Positions 1 through 10,486 are shown, numbered from the stretch's first letter. The stretch: 64,000 nt of DNA from an uncultured Candidatus Actinomarina sp. (GCA_902595195.1 CACJPC010000001.1:17173-81172), one strand, 5' to 3'. Numbers and translations: made by a program. Notes: generated by a model from the sequence alone, not told the origin.

Positions 1-1234
1 TTCCAGGATTGTAATAATCGTCTCTGTAGAGCATCATTACAATATCTGCATCTTGCTCAATCGCACCTGATTCACGCAAGTCGCCCAATCTTGGTCTTTT
101 ATCCTCTCTTGCTTCTGCTGCTCTGTTTAACTGTGAGAGGGCAAGTATTGGTACTCTTAATTCACGAGCTAAGTTTTTTAAATTTCTGCTGATTTCTGCA
201 ATTTCTTGCTGTCTATTGTCTCCAGAGGAGCTTTGCATAAGTTGAAGATAGTCAACAATAATTAAATCTAGACCCTTTGATGATTTGAGCCTTCTAGACT
301 TAGCTCTAATATCCGTAACTGTGATTACAGGTGCGTCATCAAAATAAAGTGGAAGGTTGTTGACTTTAGATGCAGCTTCTACAACTCTTGACCACTTTTC
401 AGCTCCTAGTTGTCCTTTTCTAGCATCTCCTGAAGTAACTTTTGCTTCAGAAAATAAAACTCTTTGTACCAATTCTTCTTTTGTCATCTCAAGAGAGAAA
501 AATGCAACGACCTTGCCTTCTTTTGCAACATTAGTTGCAATGTTTAATCCAAGTGAAGATTTACCCATGCTGGGTCTTGATGCAAGAACTACTAGATTTC
601 CTTCTTGAAGTCCTGATAAATAATAATCGAGATCAGAAAAATAAGTTGGAAGTCCTGATAAACCAGTACCACGGTTTTCAATCTCTTCAATTCTCTCAAT
701 AGCACTTTCTAACACATCATTAACTCCAACTAATCCATCTCCAATAGCATCATCAGAGGCAGTAAAAATAGTTTGTTCAGCTTCATCAAGAACGCTATGA
801 ATTTCTTTATCCATTGCCATTGCGAGAAGCTCAATTCTTCCACTGGCTTTTAACAATTTCCTTCTATGAGAGTGTTCTAGGACTATTTCAATATATCTTT
901 CAAAGTTTGCTGAACTTGGAACGTTATCTACTAAACGTGCAATGTATGAAGCATTTATGGATTTAGAGTTTTTTGAATCTTTAAATATTAACTCTGAAAC
1001 TGTAACTGTATCGATTGGTTTTCCAGTATCAAACAAGCCTTTCATAGCTTCATAAACTGTTTGATTTGAAGGACTATAAAAGTCAGCTGGCCTAACTTCT
1101 TCCATTAATCTAGAGACAGCATCTCTGGATAGCAAAGCGCTTCCTAAAAGTGCCTCTTCTGCTTCAAGACTATGTGGTGGAACTTTACCTAAAGATTGAC
1201 TATCTCTTGACGAAAGTGCTTCAGGACCAGCCAT
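1..1234 (-). CDS. dnaB: Replicative DNA helicase DnaB (N-terminal about 410 aa; the C-terminus runs off the left edge)
   Basis: Absent from the ORF track because it is open to the window edge. My minus-strand translation from ATG 1234-1232 gives MAGPEALSS...PPHSLEAEEALLGSALL. Later motifs: ASRPSMGKSSLGLNIA (Walker A), IIVDYLQLM, ALSQLNRAAE, DADIVMMLYRDDYYNPG. The ATG shares 1 nt with the rplI stop. Confidence 0.9.
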   Translation of the reverse strand, partial: MAGPEALSSRDSQSLGKVPPHSLEAEEALLGSALLSRDAVSRLMEEVRPADFYSPSNQTVYEAMKGLFDTGKPIDTVTVSELIFKDSKNSKSINASYIARLVDNVPSSANFERYIEIVLEHSHRRKLLKASGRIELLAMAMDKEIHSVLDEAEQTIFTASDDAIGDGLVGVNDVLESAIERIEEIENRGTGLSGLPTYFSDLDYYLSGLQEGNLVVLASRPSMGKSSLGLNIATNVAKEGKVVAFFSLEMTKEELVQRVLFSEAKVTSGDARKGQLGAEKWSRVVEAASKVNNLPLYFDDAPVITVTDIRAKSRRLKSSKGLDLIIVDYLQLMQSSSGDNRQQEIAEISRNLKNLARELRVPILALSQLNRAAEAREDKRPRLGDLRESGAIEQDADIVMMLYRDDYYNPG

Positions 1235-1686
1235 TATTTTGTTTCAGGTATTACTTCTAAAGTTGTTTCAAATTTTGTATCTGGACCCAATACAACAGAA
1301 ATTGTATGCAATCCTATTTCTTTAACTTGATTGTCTGTAACGACTTGTTCAGTTTCAAGCCTAAATCCTGAAAATGTTTCTATTGCATCAACAATTTGTT
1401 CATCACTGACTGCTGCATAAAGAGTTCCCTCGTCTGTTGTGTTCTGTGAAATAACAATTTTTGCATCAGCAAGTGCCGCTTTTATTGATTCGGCTAATTC
1501 ATCATTAGCTTGTGCTTGCATTTCTCTTTTTTCTTGTAACTTCTCAGCAAATTTTAGATTGCTTGCAGTAGCAACCATTGCAAGTTTTTTAGGTAGAAGA
1601 TAGTTCCTAGCATATCCTTTAGCTACATCAACCACATCTCCTTTTCTTCCAAGAGACTTTACATCGGAGTTGAGAATAAGTTTCAT
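1234..1686 (-). CDS. rplI: 50S ribosomal protein L9
   Basis: [36 protein letters not shown] is the classic L9 N-terminus. 150 aa. Sits in the rpsF-ssb-rpsR-rplI synteny. Confidence 0.92.
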   Translation of the reverse strand: MKLILNSDVKSLGRKGDVVDVAKGYARNYLLPKKLAMVATASNLKFAEKLQEKREMQAQANDELAESIKAALADAKIVISQNTTDEGTLYAAVSDEQIVDAIETFSGFRLETEQVVTDNQVKEIGLHTISVVLGPDTKFETTLEVIPETK

Positions 1687-1964
1687 CTTCTGTTGTAACT
1701 TTGCTTATATGAACTTGTAGTTACATAAGGAAGTAAAGCTAATTCTCTAGCAACTTTGATTAGACGAGCAACTTTTGCTTGTTCTTGTTTTGTGATTCCT
1801 GTAATTAAACTGGATCTGATTTTTCCTCTATCAGAAACAAATTTCTCAAGTAACTTTACATCTTTGTAAGTTGCGTTTTCTATTTGCTGCTTTGTAATTC
1901 TTCTTTGTTTAGGAGCTTCATATTTTGAAGATCTTCTTCCACTAGTTTTTTTTCCATTTGTCAT
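1683..1964 (-). CDS. rpsR: 30S ribosomal protein S18
   Basis: Motifs [48 protein letters not shown]. 4-nt overlap with rplI. Confidence 0.92.
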   Translation of the reverse strand: MTNGKKTSGRRSSKYEAPKQRRITKQQIENATYKDVKLLEKFVSDRGKIRSSLITGITKQEQAKVARLIKVARELALLPYVTTSSYKQSYNRR

Positions 1965-1975
1965 AATAAATCTCC

Positions 1976-2401
1976 TTAAAACGGTGCTTCGTCTTCTTCG
2001 TAGTTTTCTCTAGCTACTGGTTCCTGAGATGAACCCATACCACCAGATACTCTTTCTATATTTGCTTTTGCCCATCTCAAACTTGGAGCTATTTCATCGA
2101 TGGAGAGGTCAACAATTGAACGGTTTTGACCGTCCTGTGTTTCCCAAGATCTATAATTTAATCTTCCGACTACAACTACTCTCATCCCTTTTTGTAATGA
2201 TGCAGCAGCGTTTTCTGCCATATCATTCCAAACTGTTCCTTGGAAAAACATCGGATCTCCTTCTTCCCAAGATCCATCAGAGTTTCTTTTTCTTTTGTTT
2301 TGTGCAATTCGAATTTCTGCAAGAGTTGCACCACCATCAGTTACCCTGACTTCAGGGTCTGCAGTTAAATTTCCAACAATTGTTACTGTGTTATCTACCA
2401 T
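1976..2401 (-). CDS. ssb: Single-stranded DNA-binding protein
   Basis: The OB-fold N-terminus reads [16 protein letters not shown]...[15 protein letters not shown]. The acidic tail ends EEDEAPF (SSB C-terminal tip). Confidence 0.92.
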   Translation of the reverse strand: MVDNTVTIVGNLTADPEVRVTDGGATLAEIRIAQNKRKRNSDGSWEEGDPMFFQGTVWNDMAENAAASLQKGMRVVVVGRLNYRSWETQDGQNRSIVDLSIDEIAPSLRWAKANIERVSGGMGSSQEPVARENYEEDEAPF

Positions 2402-2413
2402 TTTTATATACCT

Positions 2414-2701
2414 CTAGCTTTCCATCTTTAAGACTTTGTGTCTAATCACATCATCAGATATTTTTAGCACTCTATCGAGTTCTGCGGGAACATTTGAAGG
2501 ACTTTCAAAACTTGTTATTGTATATATTCCCTCTTTGAATGTGTCTATTTCGTAAGCGAGCTTTCTTCTCTGCCAAACGCCTTGTTCTGACACATTTCCA
2601 CCGCCATTAGAAATAACTTCTGAAATGGATTTGTGAATTGAATCAACGATTGATTCGTCTGCTGTAGGTCTCACTATTGAGACTAAGTCATATTTATTCA
2701 T
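2414..2701 (-). CDS. rpsF: 30S ribosomal protein S6
   Basis: MNKYDLVSIVRP...WQRRKLAYEI, 95 aa, first gene of the rpsF-ssb-rpsR-rplI block. Confidence 0.9.
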   Translation of the reverse strand: MNKYDLVSIVRPTADESIVDSIHKSISEVISNGGGNVSEQGVWQRRKLAYEIDTFKEGIYTITSFESPSNVPAELDRVLKISDDVIRHKVLKMES

Positions 2702-2772
2702 TTTTCTCCTATGGACACTTGTACGTGGCTTCTTTCGAAGCAGGTACTAATTAATTTAATACTAAATATGTA

Positions 2773-3636
2773 CTATGACAGAATTTTTTTAATTTCTTTT
2801 TTCCACTCTTTAAGTGAATCTTGAATATCAGAACCCATATCGTAGGAATGTTCTTCACTTGGAAAATCAGAGTTTTCTATGTCTTTTTTATATTCAACCA
2901 GTGCTTTAACTGTTGAATCATATTGCTCACCATATCTCTTAACAAATTTAGCATCAATGTATTCTTTAGATTTCATGCCAATGAGATCATGGATTACAAG
3001 AACTTGTCCATCTGTATACTTTCCAGCACCTATACCTATTGTTGGTATTGTTAAATTCTCTGAGATAGATTGAGCAACAATAGTAGGAACTCCTTCTAAC
3101 ACAATTGCAAAACATCCTGTTTCCTGCAAAAGAAGAGCGTCTTCGAAAAGTTTTTTAGCTAGATCTAGAGTTTTACCTTGAATTTTGTAACCCCCCATTA
3201 AGTTTTTTGATTGTGGCGTTAAACCTAAATGACCCATCACTGGTATTTCAGCATCTATTAATGCATTGATGACTTCTTTTCTTTTTTCCCCGCCCTCTAC
3301 TTTTACTGCATCTGCTTTGCCTTCTTGAATAAATCTTCCAGCATTCTTTAATGAATCAGAAACATTTATGTGATATGACAAATAAGGCATATCTGCAACA
3401 ACTAATGAAGACGGGTTGGCATTTGTTACTGCTTTTACATGGTGTAGCATTTCATCAACAGTCACAGATAGTGTATCGTCATGGCCTAAAACAACCTGTG
3501 CTAAAGAATCACCAACTAAAATAATATCAATTTCAGCTTCTGAAACTGCTTTAGCAGTTGGATAATCATAAGCAGTCATCATGGAGATAACTCGATTGCC
3601 TTTTAAGTTATTTATATAAGGTACTGTTTTTTTCAT
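2773..3636 (-). CDS. panB: 3-methyl-2-oxobutanoate hydroxymethyltransferase (ketopantoate hydroxymethyltransferase)
   Basis: MMTAYDYPTAK, ILVGDSLAQVVLGHDDTL, ADMPYLSY, VKVEGG, MGHLGLTPQS are PanB signatures. Confidence 0.9.
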   Translation of the reverse strand: MKKTVPYINNLKGNRVISMMTAYDYPTAKAVSEAEIDIILVGDSLAQVVLGHDDTLSVTVDEMLHHVKAVTNANPSSLVVADMPYLSYHINVSDSLKNAGRFIQEGKADAVKVEGGEKRKEVINALIDAEIPVMGHLGLTPQSKNLMGGYKIQGKTLDLAKKLFEDALLLQETGCFAIVLEGVPTIVAQSISENLTIPTIGIGAGKYTDGQVLVIHDLIGMKSKEYIDAKFVKRYGEQYDSTVKALVEYKKDIENSDFPSEEHSYDMGSDIQDSLKEWKKEIKKILS

Positions 3637-3757
3637 TTTCCTCTCTCCGCTTTAATAAGTCGAAGGATTCATACCTATTCTATTAAATTTTTATTATTAA
3701 ACAAGATACTTATTGATATGATTTATTATTTCTAAACATTGCCAATAACATCAAGAT

Positions 3758-4363
3758 GTGAGTTATTTAAAATATTTATTCTTATTAATATTTATATCAT
3801 GTTCAGTAACTAGCTCAGGAGTTTTAATGAATGAAAATGGATACGAAAAGGCTTATTTTGCCGGTGGTTGCTTTTGGTGTATGGAGCCACCATTCGAAGC
3901 AATGGAAGGTGTGATTGAAGCAACATCAGGATATATGGGAGGTACTACAGAAAATCCTACATATGAGGAGGTCACTACAGGCGAGACTGGACATGCAGAA
4001 GTAGTAGAAATCTTATTTGATCCAAAGACTGTTACCTATGAAGAGTTGTTAGAAGTGTTCTGGAGAAATATCGATCCAACAGCATTGAATTATCAATTTG
4101 CAGATGTTGGGTCACAATATAGAACTGAGATTTTTACAGTTGGCAGTAAACAGAAAGATTTAGCTGAACAATCCAAAGTCGAATTGGAAAATTCAGGTAA
4201 ATTTGATAAGCCAATTGTTACTGCAATTTCAGAAGCACCTGCATTTTATATCGCTGAAGAATATCATCAGGACTTTTATAAAAAGCAAAGTATGCGTTAT
4301 CAAATGTATGCAAAAGCCAGTGGAAGAAAAGGGTTTCTGGAAGACACTTGGGGAGAAGACTAA
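3758..4363 (+). CDS. msrA: Peptide methionine (S)-sulfoxide reductase MsrA with a lipoprotein-type signal peptide (GTG start)
   Basis: FAGGCFWCMEPPFE catalytic motif, GHAEVVEILFDP and YHQDFY. The N-terminus LFLLIFISCS resembles a lipobox. Confidence 0.9.
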   Translation: MSYLKYLFLLIFISCSVTSSGVLMNENGYEKAYFAGGCFWCMEPPFEAMEGVIEATSGYMGGTTENPTYEEVTTGETGHAEVVEILFDPKTVTYEELLEVFWRNIDPTALNYQFADVGSQYRTEIFTVGSKQKDLAEQSKVELENSGKFDKPIVTAISEAPAFYIAEEYHQDFYKKQSMRYQMYAKASGRKGFLEDTWGED

Positions 4364-5325
4364 TACATAATTGTTTTAGTCAAATGATGAGGTCTCTCAT
4401 CGGCATGAAAATCAGTCCATAGTTTGAAATCTAGTTGTGGAATTATAATTTTTTCTTCCTCATTTTTATAATTATTTATAAGTTCTGTTAATTTTGCTGT
4501 TACATATATTGAAGTAGATCTGATTTCAATTTCCTCAATAGAGTCTCTATCAACAAGAATTCCTGAATCTATTTTTTCTTTTAATCCAGATGAGTATTTA
4601 ACAATTCCAAAACTCTCTAATGCAACTGGAATAATATAATCAGCAAATGCTGTCATATTCTCCATGTCCTCTATGAAAAAATAACTTTTTGAAAGCTCTC
4701 TGTGGATTCCCCAGAATGCTAGCTGAGCCAATTTAAGAAAATATACCTTTTCATTTTCAAAAATTGAATGATCATCAAACCTTTTAAAATCTCTCACTAG
4801 TCTTTCAACTAGGCCTTCTCCATTGTCATACAGTTTTTTGGGCCCATCGTCTACGAAATTTATCCAATCACCATCGTATTTTGTAACTAAAGTATCTCCA
4901 ACATTATTAAGTATTTCGACTTTTTCATCTGCCATAGGCATTTCAATATTCCCAGTAAAAATTCTCTTAAATTCTTTTAGGTCCATGTCTCTCATATAGT
5001 GACCCTGGGTAAGAGGGACTCCTTCAATTAAAGCCTTGTCGATTTGATAAACCATTGCGTCAGTATCCGATAAATTCTCAATTTTATATTTCACAGAAGT
5101 CGAAAAATCAGTAAATACAAAGTTTAGAGTATTTATTAACATTGTTTTTCTTATATATTCCACGGGAACAATATTTGGATTTCCCTCATAATTGATTCCA
5201 AAATCTTCTTTGCTTAAGTTAATCGCTGATTCGTGTAATTTTTCTATATCTATTTCCAAACAAGAAAGTTGTTGAATGACTTTTGAAACCGATGATAAAA
5301 CTTGGGATTCCCAATTAATTTCCAT
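4360..5325 (-). CDS. DUF2419/QNG1-like queuosine salvage protein (queuosine 5'-phosphate N-glycosylase-like)
   Basis: RFDDHS...VYFLKLAQL and MTAFADYIIPVALESFGIVKYSSGLKEKI...EEIEIRSTSIY match, from memory, the FADY..P..L...G...YS...L...E.E.R core of the family. The match is from recall, not an alignment. Confidence 0.6.
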   Translation of the reverse strand: MEINWESQVLSSVSKVIQQLSCLEIDIEKLHESAINLSKEDFGINYEGNPNIVPVEYIRKTMLINTLNFVFTDFSTSVKYKIENLSDTDAMVYQIDKALIEGVPLTQGHYMRDMDLKEFKRIFTGNIEMPMADEKVEILNNVGDTLVTKYDGDWINFVDDGPKKLYDNGEGLVERLVRDFKRFDDHSIFENEKVYFLKLAQLAFWGIHRELSKSYFFIEDMENMTAFADYIIPVALESFGIVKYSSGLKEKIDSGILVDRDSIEEIEIRSTSIYVTAKLTELINNYKNEEEKIIIPQLDFKLWTDFHADERPHHLTKTIMY

Positions 5326-5375
5326 GTAAAAATCCTAATAGATTTTAAACAAATAATTTTTTATACTTTTAGATT

Positions 5376-6245
5376 ATGAAACCAAAAATATGCGTTGTTG
5401 GAAGTGCAAATATTGATCAAGTGTCTTATGTAAAAAGAGCACCAAATGATGGAGAGACGCTTTTTGGGGAAGATTATCAAATGGGTTTTGGTGGAAAAGG
5501 TGCAAATCAAGCGGTAATGGCAGGACTTTTAGGTGCTGAGGTTTATGTTATTGCCTGTCTTGGTAGTGATGTCTATAGAGAGATGACAATTGAAAATTTT
5601 AAAAGCAACAATGTGATTACTGATTATATTCAGACAGTCGAAGGGTCGAGTGGAGTTGCACCTATTTGGGTTGATGAGTCTGGACAAAATAGGATTGTCG
5701 TAATACCTGGTGCAAATAATTTATTAGATAGTTCATTAGCGATAGAATCTTTAGAAAAAATTGGTAAACCCGATGTCTTGGTTGGTCAGTTTGAAATACC
5801 TATGAATGTAAACGAAGAGGTTTTTTCTTATGCTTACAAGAATGGTGTGCAGACAGTACTTAATCCCGCTCCAGCGAATAAACCAACGAATGTTCTTCTC
5901 GAAAACACCTCTTGGTTTATTCCTAATGAAGTAGAGTTTGAAGAAATTTATGGTGAAGTATTTAATGAAGATAATTTACTTTTATTTGCAAATGATCTCA
6001 AAACAAATGTTGTAGTCACTTTGGGTGAAAAGGGTTGTGCCTATATAAAAAATAATTCCGTAGAAATTATGAATACTGATACAGTTAAAGCAGTTGATAC
6101 AACTGGTGCTGGTGATGCCTTTGTGGGTGCTTTCTCATTCGGAGTAGCAAGTAAATTAGAAATTGAAGAGTGTCTGAAACTAGCACTTCAAAAAGCAACA
6201 GACTCTGTAACAAAAAAAGGTACTCAGAGTTCTTATAAGAATTAG
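5376..6245 (+). CDS. rbsK: Ribokinase (PfkB family)
   Basis: VVGSANIDQV, GFGGKGANQAV, NRIVVIPGAN and DTTGAGDAFVGAF (PfkB signature 2). Confidence 0.8.
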   Translation: MKPKICVVGSANIDQVSYVKRAPNDGETLFGEDYQMGFGGKGANQAVMAGLLGAEVYVIACLGSDVYREMTIENFKSNNVITDYIQTVEGSSGVAPIWVDESGQNRIVVIPGANNLLDSSLAIESLEKIGKPDVLVGQFEIPMNVNEEVFSYAYKNGVQTVLNPAPANKPTNVLLENTSWFIPNEVEFEEIYGEVFNEDNLLLFANDLKTNVVVTLGEKGCAYIKNNSVEIMNTDTVKAVDTTGAGDAFVGAFSFGVASKLEIEECLKLALQKATDSVTKKGTQSSYKN

Positions 6246-7012
6246 CTAGGAATTTTTAAGCTTGCTTCCAGAATTATATTTGTAGCGTTGTTTACAGATT
6301 CTAAATACTCTTCTTTGCTGAGAGCTTCTTGTCTGTTTTGATCCCCATAAACCACAAGTAACGCCCCTGTTCTAACTTTTCTATAACTACCAACAACAAA
6401 AAGAGTTGATGCTTCCATTTCTGAACATAAAACACCACCCTTTACCCAGGCATCCCATTTTTGATTAAGCTCGTGAGAAACTGGCATGGAATCAGGGTCG
6501 TGTTGACCATAAAAAGAATCTTTGGACTGAACTACTCCGATGTGATAGTTTACATCCTTTTCTTTAGCTGCTTCTTCTAGAGCATAAACCATATCAGCAG
6601 AGGGTACAGCAGGAAATTCCATTGGCATGTACTGAGGAGAAGTTCCTTCTTGTCTTACAGCTCCATTTGCAATTACAAAATCGCCAACCCTTGTATGTTC
6701 TTGCATTGCTCCTGAAGTACCAATCCTGACTAAAGTCTTTGCACCAATATTGGCTAATTCTTCAATTGCAATTGCTGCAGAAGGGCAACCAATACCTGTT
6801 GAAGTAACACTCACTGGCCGTCCTTTATATGTACCGGTTACAGTTTTGTATTCTCTGTTAAATGCAATTTCTTTAGGGTTGTCAAAATGCTGTGCAATAA
6901 AATCAACTCTTCCCGGATCTCCAGGGAGAATAACAAAATCAGCAATATCGCCTTCTTTTAACTGAATGTGATACTGCTTTTCACCATCTAACATAGACTT
7001 TTTTTCTGACAT
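6242..7012 (-). CDS. Nucleoside phosphorylase, uridine phosphorylase-like (PNP/UDP family 1)
   Basis: ILPGDPGRVDFIA, TSTGIGCPSAAIAIEEL, VRIGTSGAMQ, CSEMEASTLF. Confidence 0.75.
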   Translation of the reverse strand: MSEKKSMLDGEKQYHIQLKEGDIADFVILPGDPGRVDFIAQHFDNPKEIAFNREYKTVTGTYKGRPVSVTSTGIGCPSAAIAIEELANIGAKTLVRIGTSGAMQEHTRVGDFVIANGAVRQEGTSPQYMPMEFPAVPSADMVYALEEAAKEKDVNYHIGVVQSKDSFYGQHDPDSMPVSHELNQKWDAWVKGGVLCSEMEASTLFVVGSYRKVRTGALLVVYGDQNRQEALSKEEYLESVNNATNIILEASLKIPS

Positions 7013-7099
7013 AAAAAAATGTTATCAACAAGTAACAGATTGTCACTAATTTTTTATAAAATCTGTAGAAATTTCTTTGTAAACTGATACTTTAGAACT

Positions 7100-8299
7100 A
7101 TGACTATTCCAGAAATAGATTTTCCTAGCAGTGATTCAGATTTCATTAAAGACCCTTATCCCTTTATGAAAGAATTAAGAGAAAAGTCACCAGTCGTTTT
7201 AGATAAAACAACTGATTTACAACTTGTAACAAGATTTGATGGTGTTAAAAATATTCAAACAAGTAAGAACTTTTCATCTAGTCCACCTAATGATTTAGAA
7301 GGTACGGAGTCTTCAATTATCGATCCTAAGGAATATGAATACTTTTGGAAAACTGAGGAATTCTCTCTACTTAACCTAGAAGGTCAGTTGCATGGTGATT
7401 TAAGAAATCTCGTTGCAAAAGCTTTTTCAAATAGACAAGTACAAGAACTAAGGCCTTTTATGGAAAATAAATCTTCAAGTTTATTGGAAAGTTTGAAAGG
7501 TGAAGAATTTGATCTTCTTAAAGATTATGCACAGCCGTATTCAATTTCTGTAATTGGTAAATTGCTAGGTGTTCCAGAAGATATGTATGAAAAATTTTTA
7601 GATTGGTCTAACAAAATTGTAAAAATGTATGACTTAAAAGTTAGTGACGAAGACTCTGCTAATGCAGAAAATGCAGCTAAAGAATTCTATGAATATACAT
7701 TGGCACTTATAGACCAGAAAGTGAGAACTCCTGGAGATGATATGATTACAAGACTTGCTCATATAACTGAAAATAATCAGAAATTAACTAAGAATCAGAT
7801 AATCTGCACAGTTATTTTGTTGCTGAATGCTGGTCATGAGGCAACAGTAAATACTATTGGAAACTCTATTGTGACGCTTGCAAATAATAACATTGATACC
7901 TTAAATCTTGATAAAACATACAATATCAAAAACATTATCGAAGAACTTATAAGGTTTGATAGTCCCCTTCAGTTCTTCCAGAGGTGGGTTTTAGATGATG
8001 ATTATGTCGGAGATGTAGAAGTAAAAAAACACTCTAAGGTGGCCATATTATTAGGGTCTGCAAATAGAGATGCAGATAGTTTTATGGAGCCAGACCAAAT
8101 AAACTTTGAAAGATCAAATCTTAGTCATACTAGTTTTGGAGGTGGAGTACATTTTTGTTTAGGCGCACATTTAGCAAGATTGGAACTGGAAGTTTCTTTT
8201 CACAATCTATTTTCAAATTCTATTTTGTTAGAAAGCCAACCTGAGAGAACTGGTGCATTTGGAATACGCGGCTACAAGGAAATAAAAGTAAAAATCTAA
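7100..8299 (+). CDS. Cytochrome P450
   Basis: Heme-binding loop FGGGVHFCLGAHLA (FxxGxHxCxG), I-helix LLLNAGHEAT and ELIRFDSP (ExxR region). Confidence 0.88.
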   Translation: MTIPEIDFPSSDSDFIKDPYPFMKELREKSPVVLDKTTDLQLVTRFDGVKNIQTSKNFSSSPPNDLEGTESSIIDPKEYEYFWKTEEFSLLNLEGQLHGDLRNLVAKAFSNRQVQELRPFMENKSSSLLESLKGEEFDLLKDYAQPYSISVIGKLLGVPEDMYEKFLDWSNKIVKMYDLKVSDEDSANAENAAKEFYEYTLALIDQKVRTPGDDMITRLAHITENNQKLTKNQIICTVILLLNAGHEATVNTIGNSIVTLANNNIDTLNLDKTYNIKNIIEELIRFDSPLQFFQRWVLDDDYVGDVEVKKHSKVAILLGSANRDADSFMEPDQINFERSNLSHTSFGGGVHFCLGAHLARLELEVSFHNLFSNSILLESQPERTGAFGIRGYKEIKVKI

Positions 8300-8343
8300 A
8301 CTTTTTTAGTGTTTAATACGTATGTTCACCCTAATATTCACAT

Positions 8344-9510
8344 ATGGGGAAATCTAAAAAATATGGCATGAATACGAAAGCGCTTCATGCAAATAAAAGA
8401 TTCGAACCTATCTCAGGCGATGTCATGCCTCCTCTTCATTTATCCACTACATATATAAATGATATGCCGGGTGAGTCAGAATATTTTTACGGGAGAGTAA
8501 ATAATCCAACTAGAGAGTTGTTTGAACGAACTCTCGCTTCACTAGAAGGTATTGAAAATTACGAAGAACAGCATGCATTTGCTATGGCTTCAGGCATGTC
8601 TGCCGTTAGCTTAATAGCTGAACTGGCTAAACCTGGTGACAATGTAGTAATAACAAAAGATGTTTATGGAGGAACAACTAATTATTTTTCAAAAATTATT
8701 AGAGAACGCGGAGTAGAGGTTAATTTTTGTGATTTTGCAGATACAGAAAAACTAGACAGCCTACTGAATGAGAAAACAAAACTGGCATGGATTGAATCTC
8801 CTTCAAATCCTTCTATGAACTTGTATGATCTACAAAAAATATCTGAAATTGTTCACGGTTATCCAACACTTCTAGTTGCTGATAGTACTTTTTCAACACC
8901 ATTCATAACAAGACCTTTTGAACACGGTGTAGATATCATAATGCACTCTACAACAAAGTATATTGGTGGGCACAGCGATACATTAGGTGGTGCTGTGGTT
9001 TGCAAAGATCCTGAACTTCATGAGACTCTAATGTTGTATCAAAGACAGGGTGGAGCAATAATGTCTCCTTTTGATTCTTATCTTGTTCAGAGAGGTCTTT
9101 ACTCACTTGGTCCTAGAATTAAATTACATTCTGAAAATGCTCATAAATTAGCAGAATATTTAGAAAACTCAGAACACATCAGGGAAGTAAGATATCCAGG
9201 CCTTAAAGGATTCGAAAATCACGAAATTGCTGTAAAACAAATGAATTATTTTGGAGGTATGCTTAGTTTCTATCTTGAGGAAAATGTTAACCAAGAGAAA
9301 TTTTGGAAATCTCTTGAGCTATACAAGTTAGCAGTGAGCCTAGGCGGAGTTGAAACATTGATTGAGCTTCCATATCTGATGACTCACGATAACGCTCAAG
9401 AAACAGAAGCTAGTGCACCAATAGATTTAATTAGAGTATCTACAGGGCTTGAAAATATTGAAGACTTAATTGAAGATATGGACACAGCCTTAAATGCAGC
9501 AAAAAAATAA
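8344..9510 (+). CDS. PLP-dependent trans-sulfuration enzyme (cystathionine gamma-synthase / beta- or gamma-lyase family)
   Basis: NPTRELFERTLASLEG, HSTTKYIGGHSDTLGG (PLP lysine context), IRVSTGLE near the C-terminus. Confidence 0.85.
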   Translation: MGKSKKYGMNTKALHANKRFEPISGDVMPPLHLSTTYINDMPGESEYFYGRVNNPTRELFERTLASLEGIENYEEQHAFAMASGMSAVSLIAELAKPGDNVVITKDVYGGTTNYFSKIIRERGVEVNFCDFADTEKLDSLLNEKTKLAWIESPSNPSMNLYDLQKISEIVHGYPTLLVADSTFSTPFITRPFEHGVDIIMHSTTKYIGGHSDTLGGAVVCKDPELHETLMLYQRQGGAIMSPFDSYLVQRGLYSLGPRIKLHSENAHKLAEYLENSEHIREVRYPGLKGFENHEIAVKQMNYFGGMLSFYLEENVNQEKFWKSLELYKLAVSLGGVETLIELPYLMTHDNAQETEASAPIDLIRVSTGLENIEDLIEDMDTALNAAKK

Positions 9511-10453
9511 TTTAAACCCCAATTATTTTTCTTACGCAATATATTCAGTATTTTTTACCGCCTTACTGTTTATCGTGTTTGGTGCAAATGGATGGGGGCC
9601 TGCAGCAGAAAATGAGCAAGCTATTGGAGAAATCTCTAGATGGTGCGAAAGGGTAAGTGGAGGTTTTTTTAGAGAACCTTCTAACACGCTTGGAAATCTT
9701 GGCTTTGTAGCAGTCGGGCTTTACATGTTTTATAAATTATCAGACGACGCTACAAACAATAAGTCTCCAATGTTTGGGTCCTTTAAAATTGCCTTGTTAT
9801 ATGCTGCTGCATCGACATTTTTAGGACCTGGGTCTATGGCAATGCATGGGACACATACAAAGTTTGGGGCATGGTTAGACAATGTCTCAATGATTGCTTA
9901 CATATTGCTTCTATGGATCTACAACCTAAAAAAACTGACTCACTTCTCAAGTAAAACTTATTTTTCTTCTTATACGATATTGCTTATTTACTACGCATAC
10001 AGTTACTGGTATTTAGATTCAGGGCTTGGAATAGGAGTGAATTTATTTGAATTAAGTATCGGACTTTGGATAGCGACTGAAGTTTTGATTAAATTTCCAA
10101 ATGCATTTGGCAGAATAATGTCAGGTATAACTGTCTTAATCATTCAGCAATTGTTTGGAAGTCCTGTTATTGACTCTTTCCTCAATTTTCAAGATAATTG
10201 GGAAATGCTTTTATATTTTGTTCCTGCATTAATACCTAATTTAAAACCAAACATAAAGAGAACATATACTCCATGGTTTTTTATTGGGTTTGCGTCTTTT
10301 TTTGGTGCTGTTCTTATATGGGGAACAGGTGTTCCAGGTCACCCTTGGTGTAATCCAGATTCATGGATTCAGGCTCACATGATTTGGCATCTTTTATGTG
10401 CGCTAGCAACACTCAGCTTTTTTAACTTCTACAGAAAAGAAAATACGGCCTAA
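9494..10453 (+). CDS. Polytopic membrane protein, alkaline-ceramidase-like family (tentative)
   Basis: About 7 hydrophobic segments. RWCER...FREPSNTLGNLGFV resembles the CE..(E/F)xEPxNTxSN entry motif of the ceramidase family. Conserved His residues lie late in the protein (HMIWH). Confidence 0.45.
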   Translation: MQQKNNLNPNYFSYAIYSVFFTALLFIVFGANGWGPAAENEQAIGEISRWCERVSGGFFREPSNTLGNLGFVAVGLYMFYKLSDDATNNKSPMFGSFKIALLYAAASTFLGPGSMAMHGTHTKFGAWLDNVSMIAYILLLWIYNLKKLTHFSSKTYFSSYTILLIYYAYSYWYLDSGLGIGVNLFELSIGLWIATEVLIKFPNAFGRIMSGITVLIIQQLFGSPVIDSFLNFQDNWEMLLYFVPALIPNLKPNIKRTYTPWFFIGFASFFGAVLIWGTGVPGHPWCNPDSWIQAHMIWHLLCALATLSFFNFYRKENTA

Positions 10454-10486
10454 TATACATCACATCTTTTTAATAAATAATAGGTA

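Noticed and set aside
357-608. Track ORFs lying antisense or out of frame inside confidently identified genes. Examples: 357..608 in dnaB, 2029..2349 in ssb, 2879..3073 in panB, 6750..6965 in the phosphorylase, 14577..14759 and 14981..15187, 18042..18257, 18328..18534, 57161..57502 in lysA, 58812..59177 in nfo, and 59999..60190 in the GNAT gene.
   Set aside because: These are shadow ORFs. Each is fully contained in a longer ORF with clear family motifs, its composition is low-complexity or odd, and it has no independent start context.
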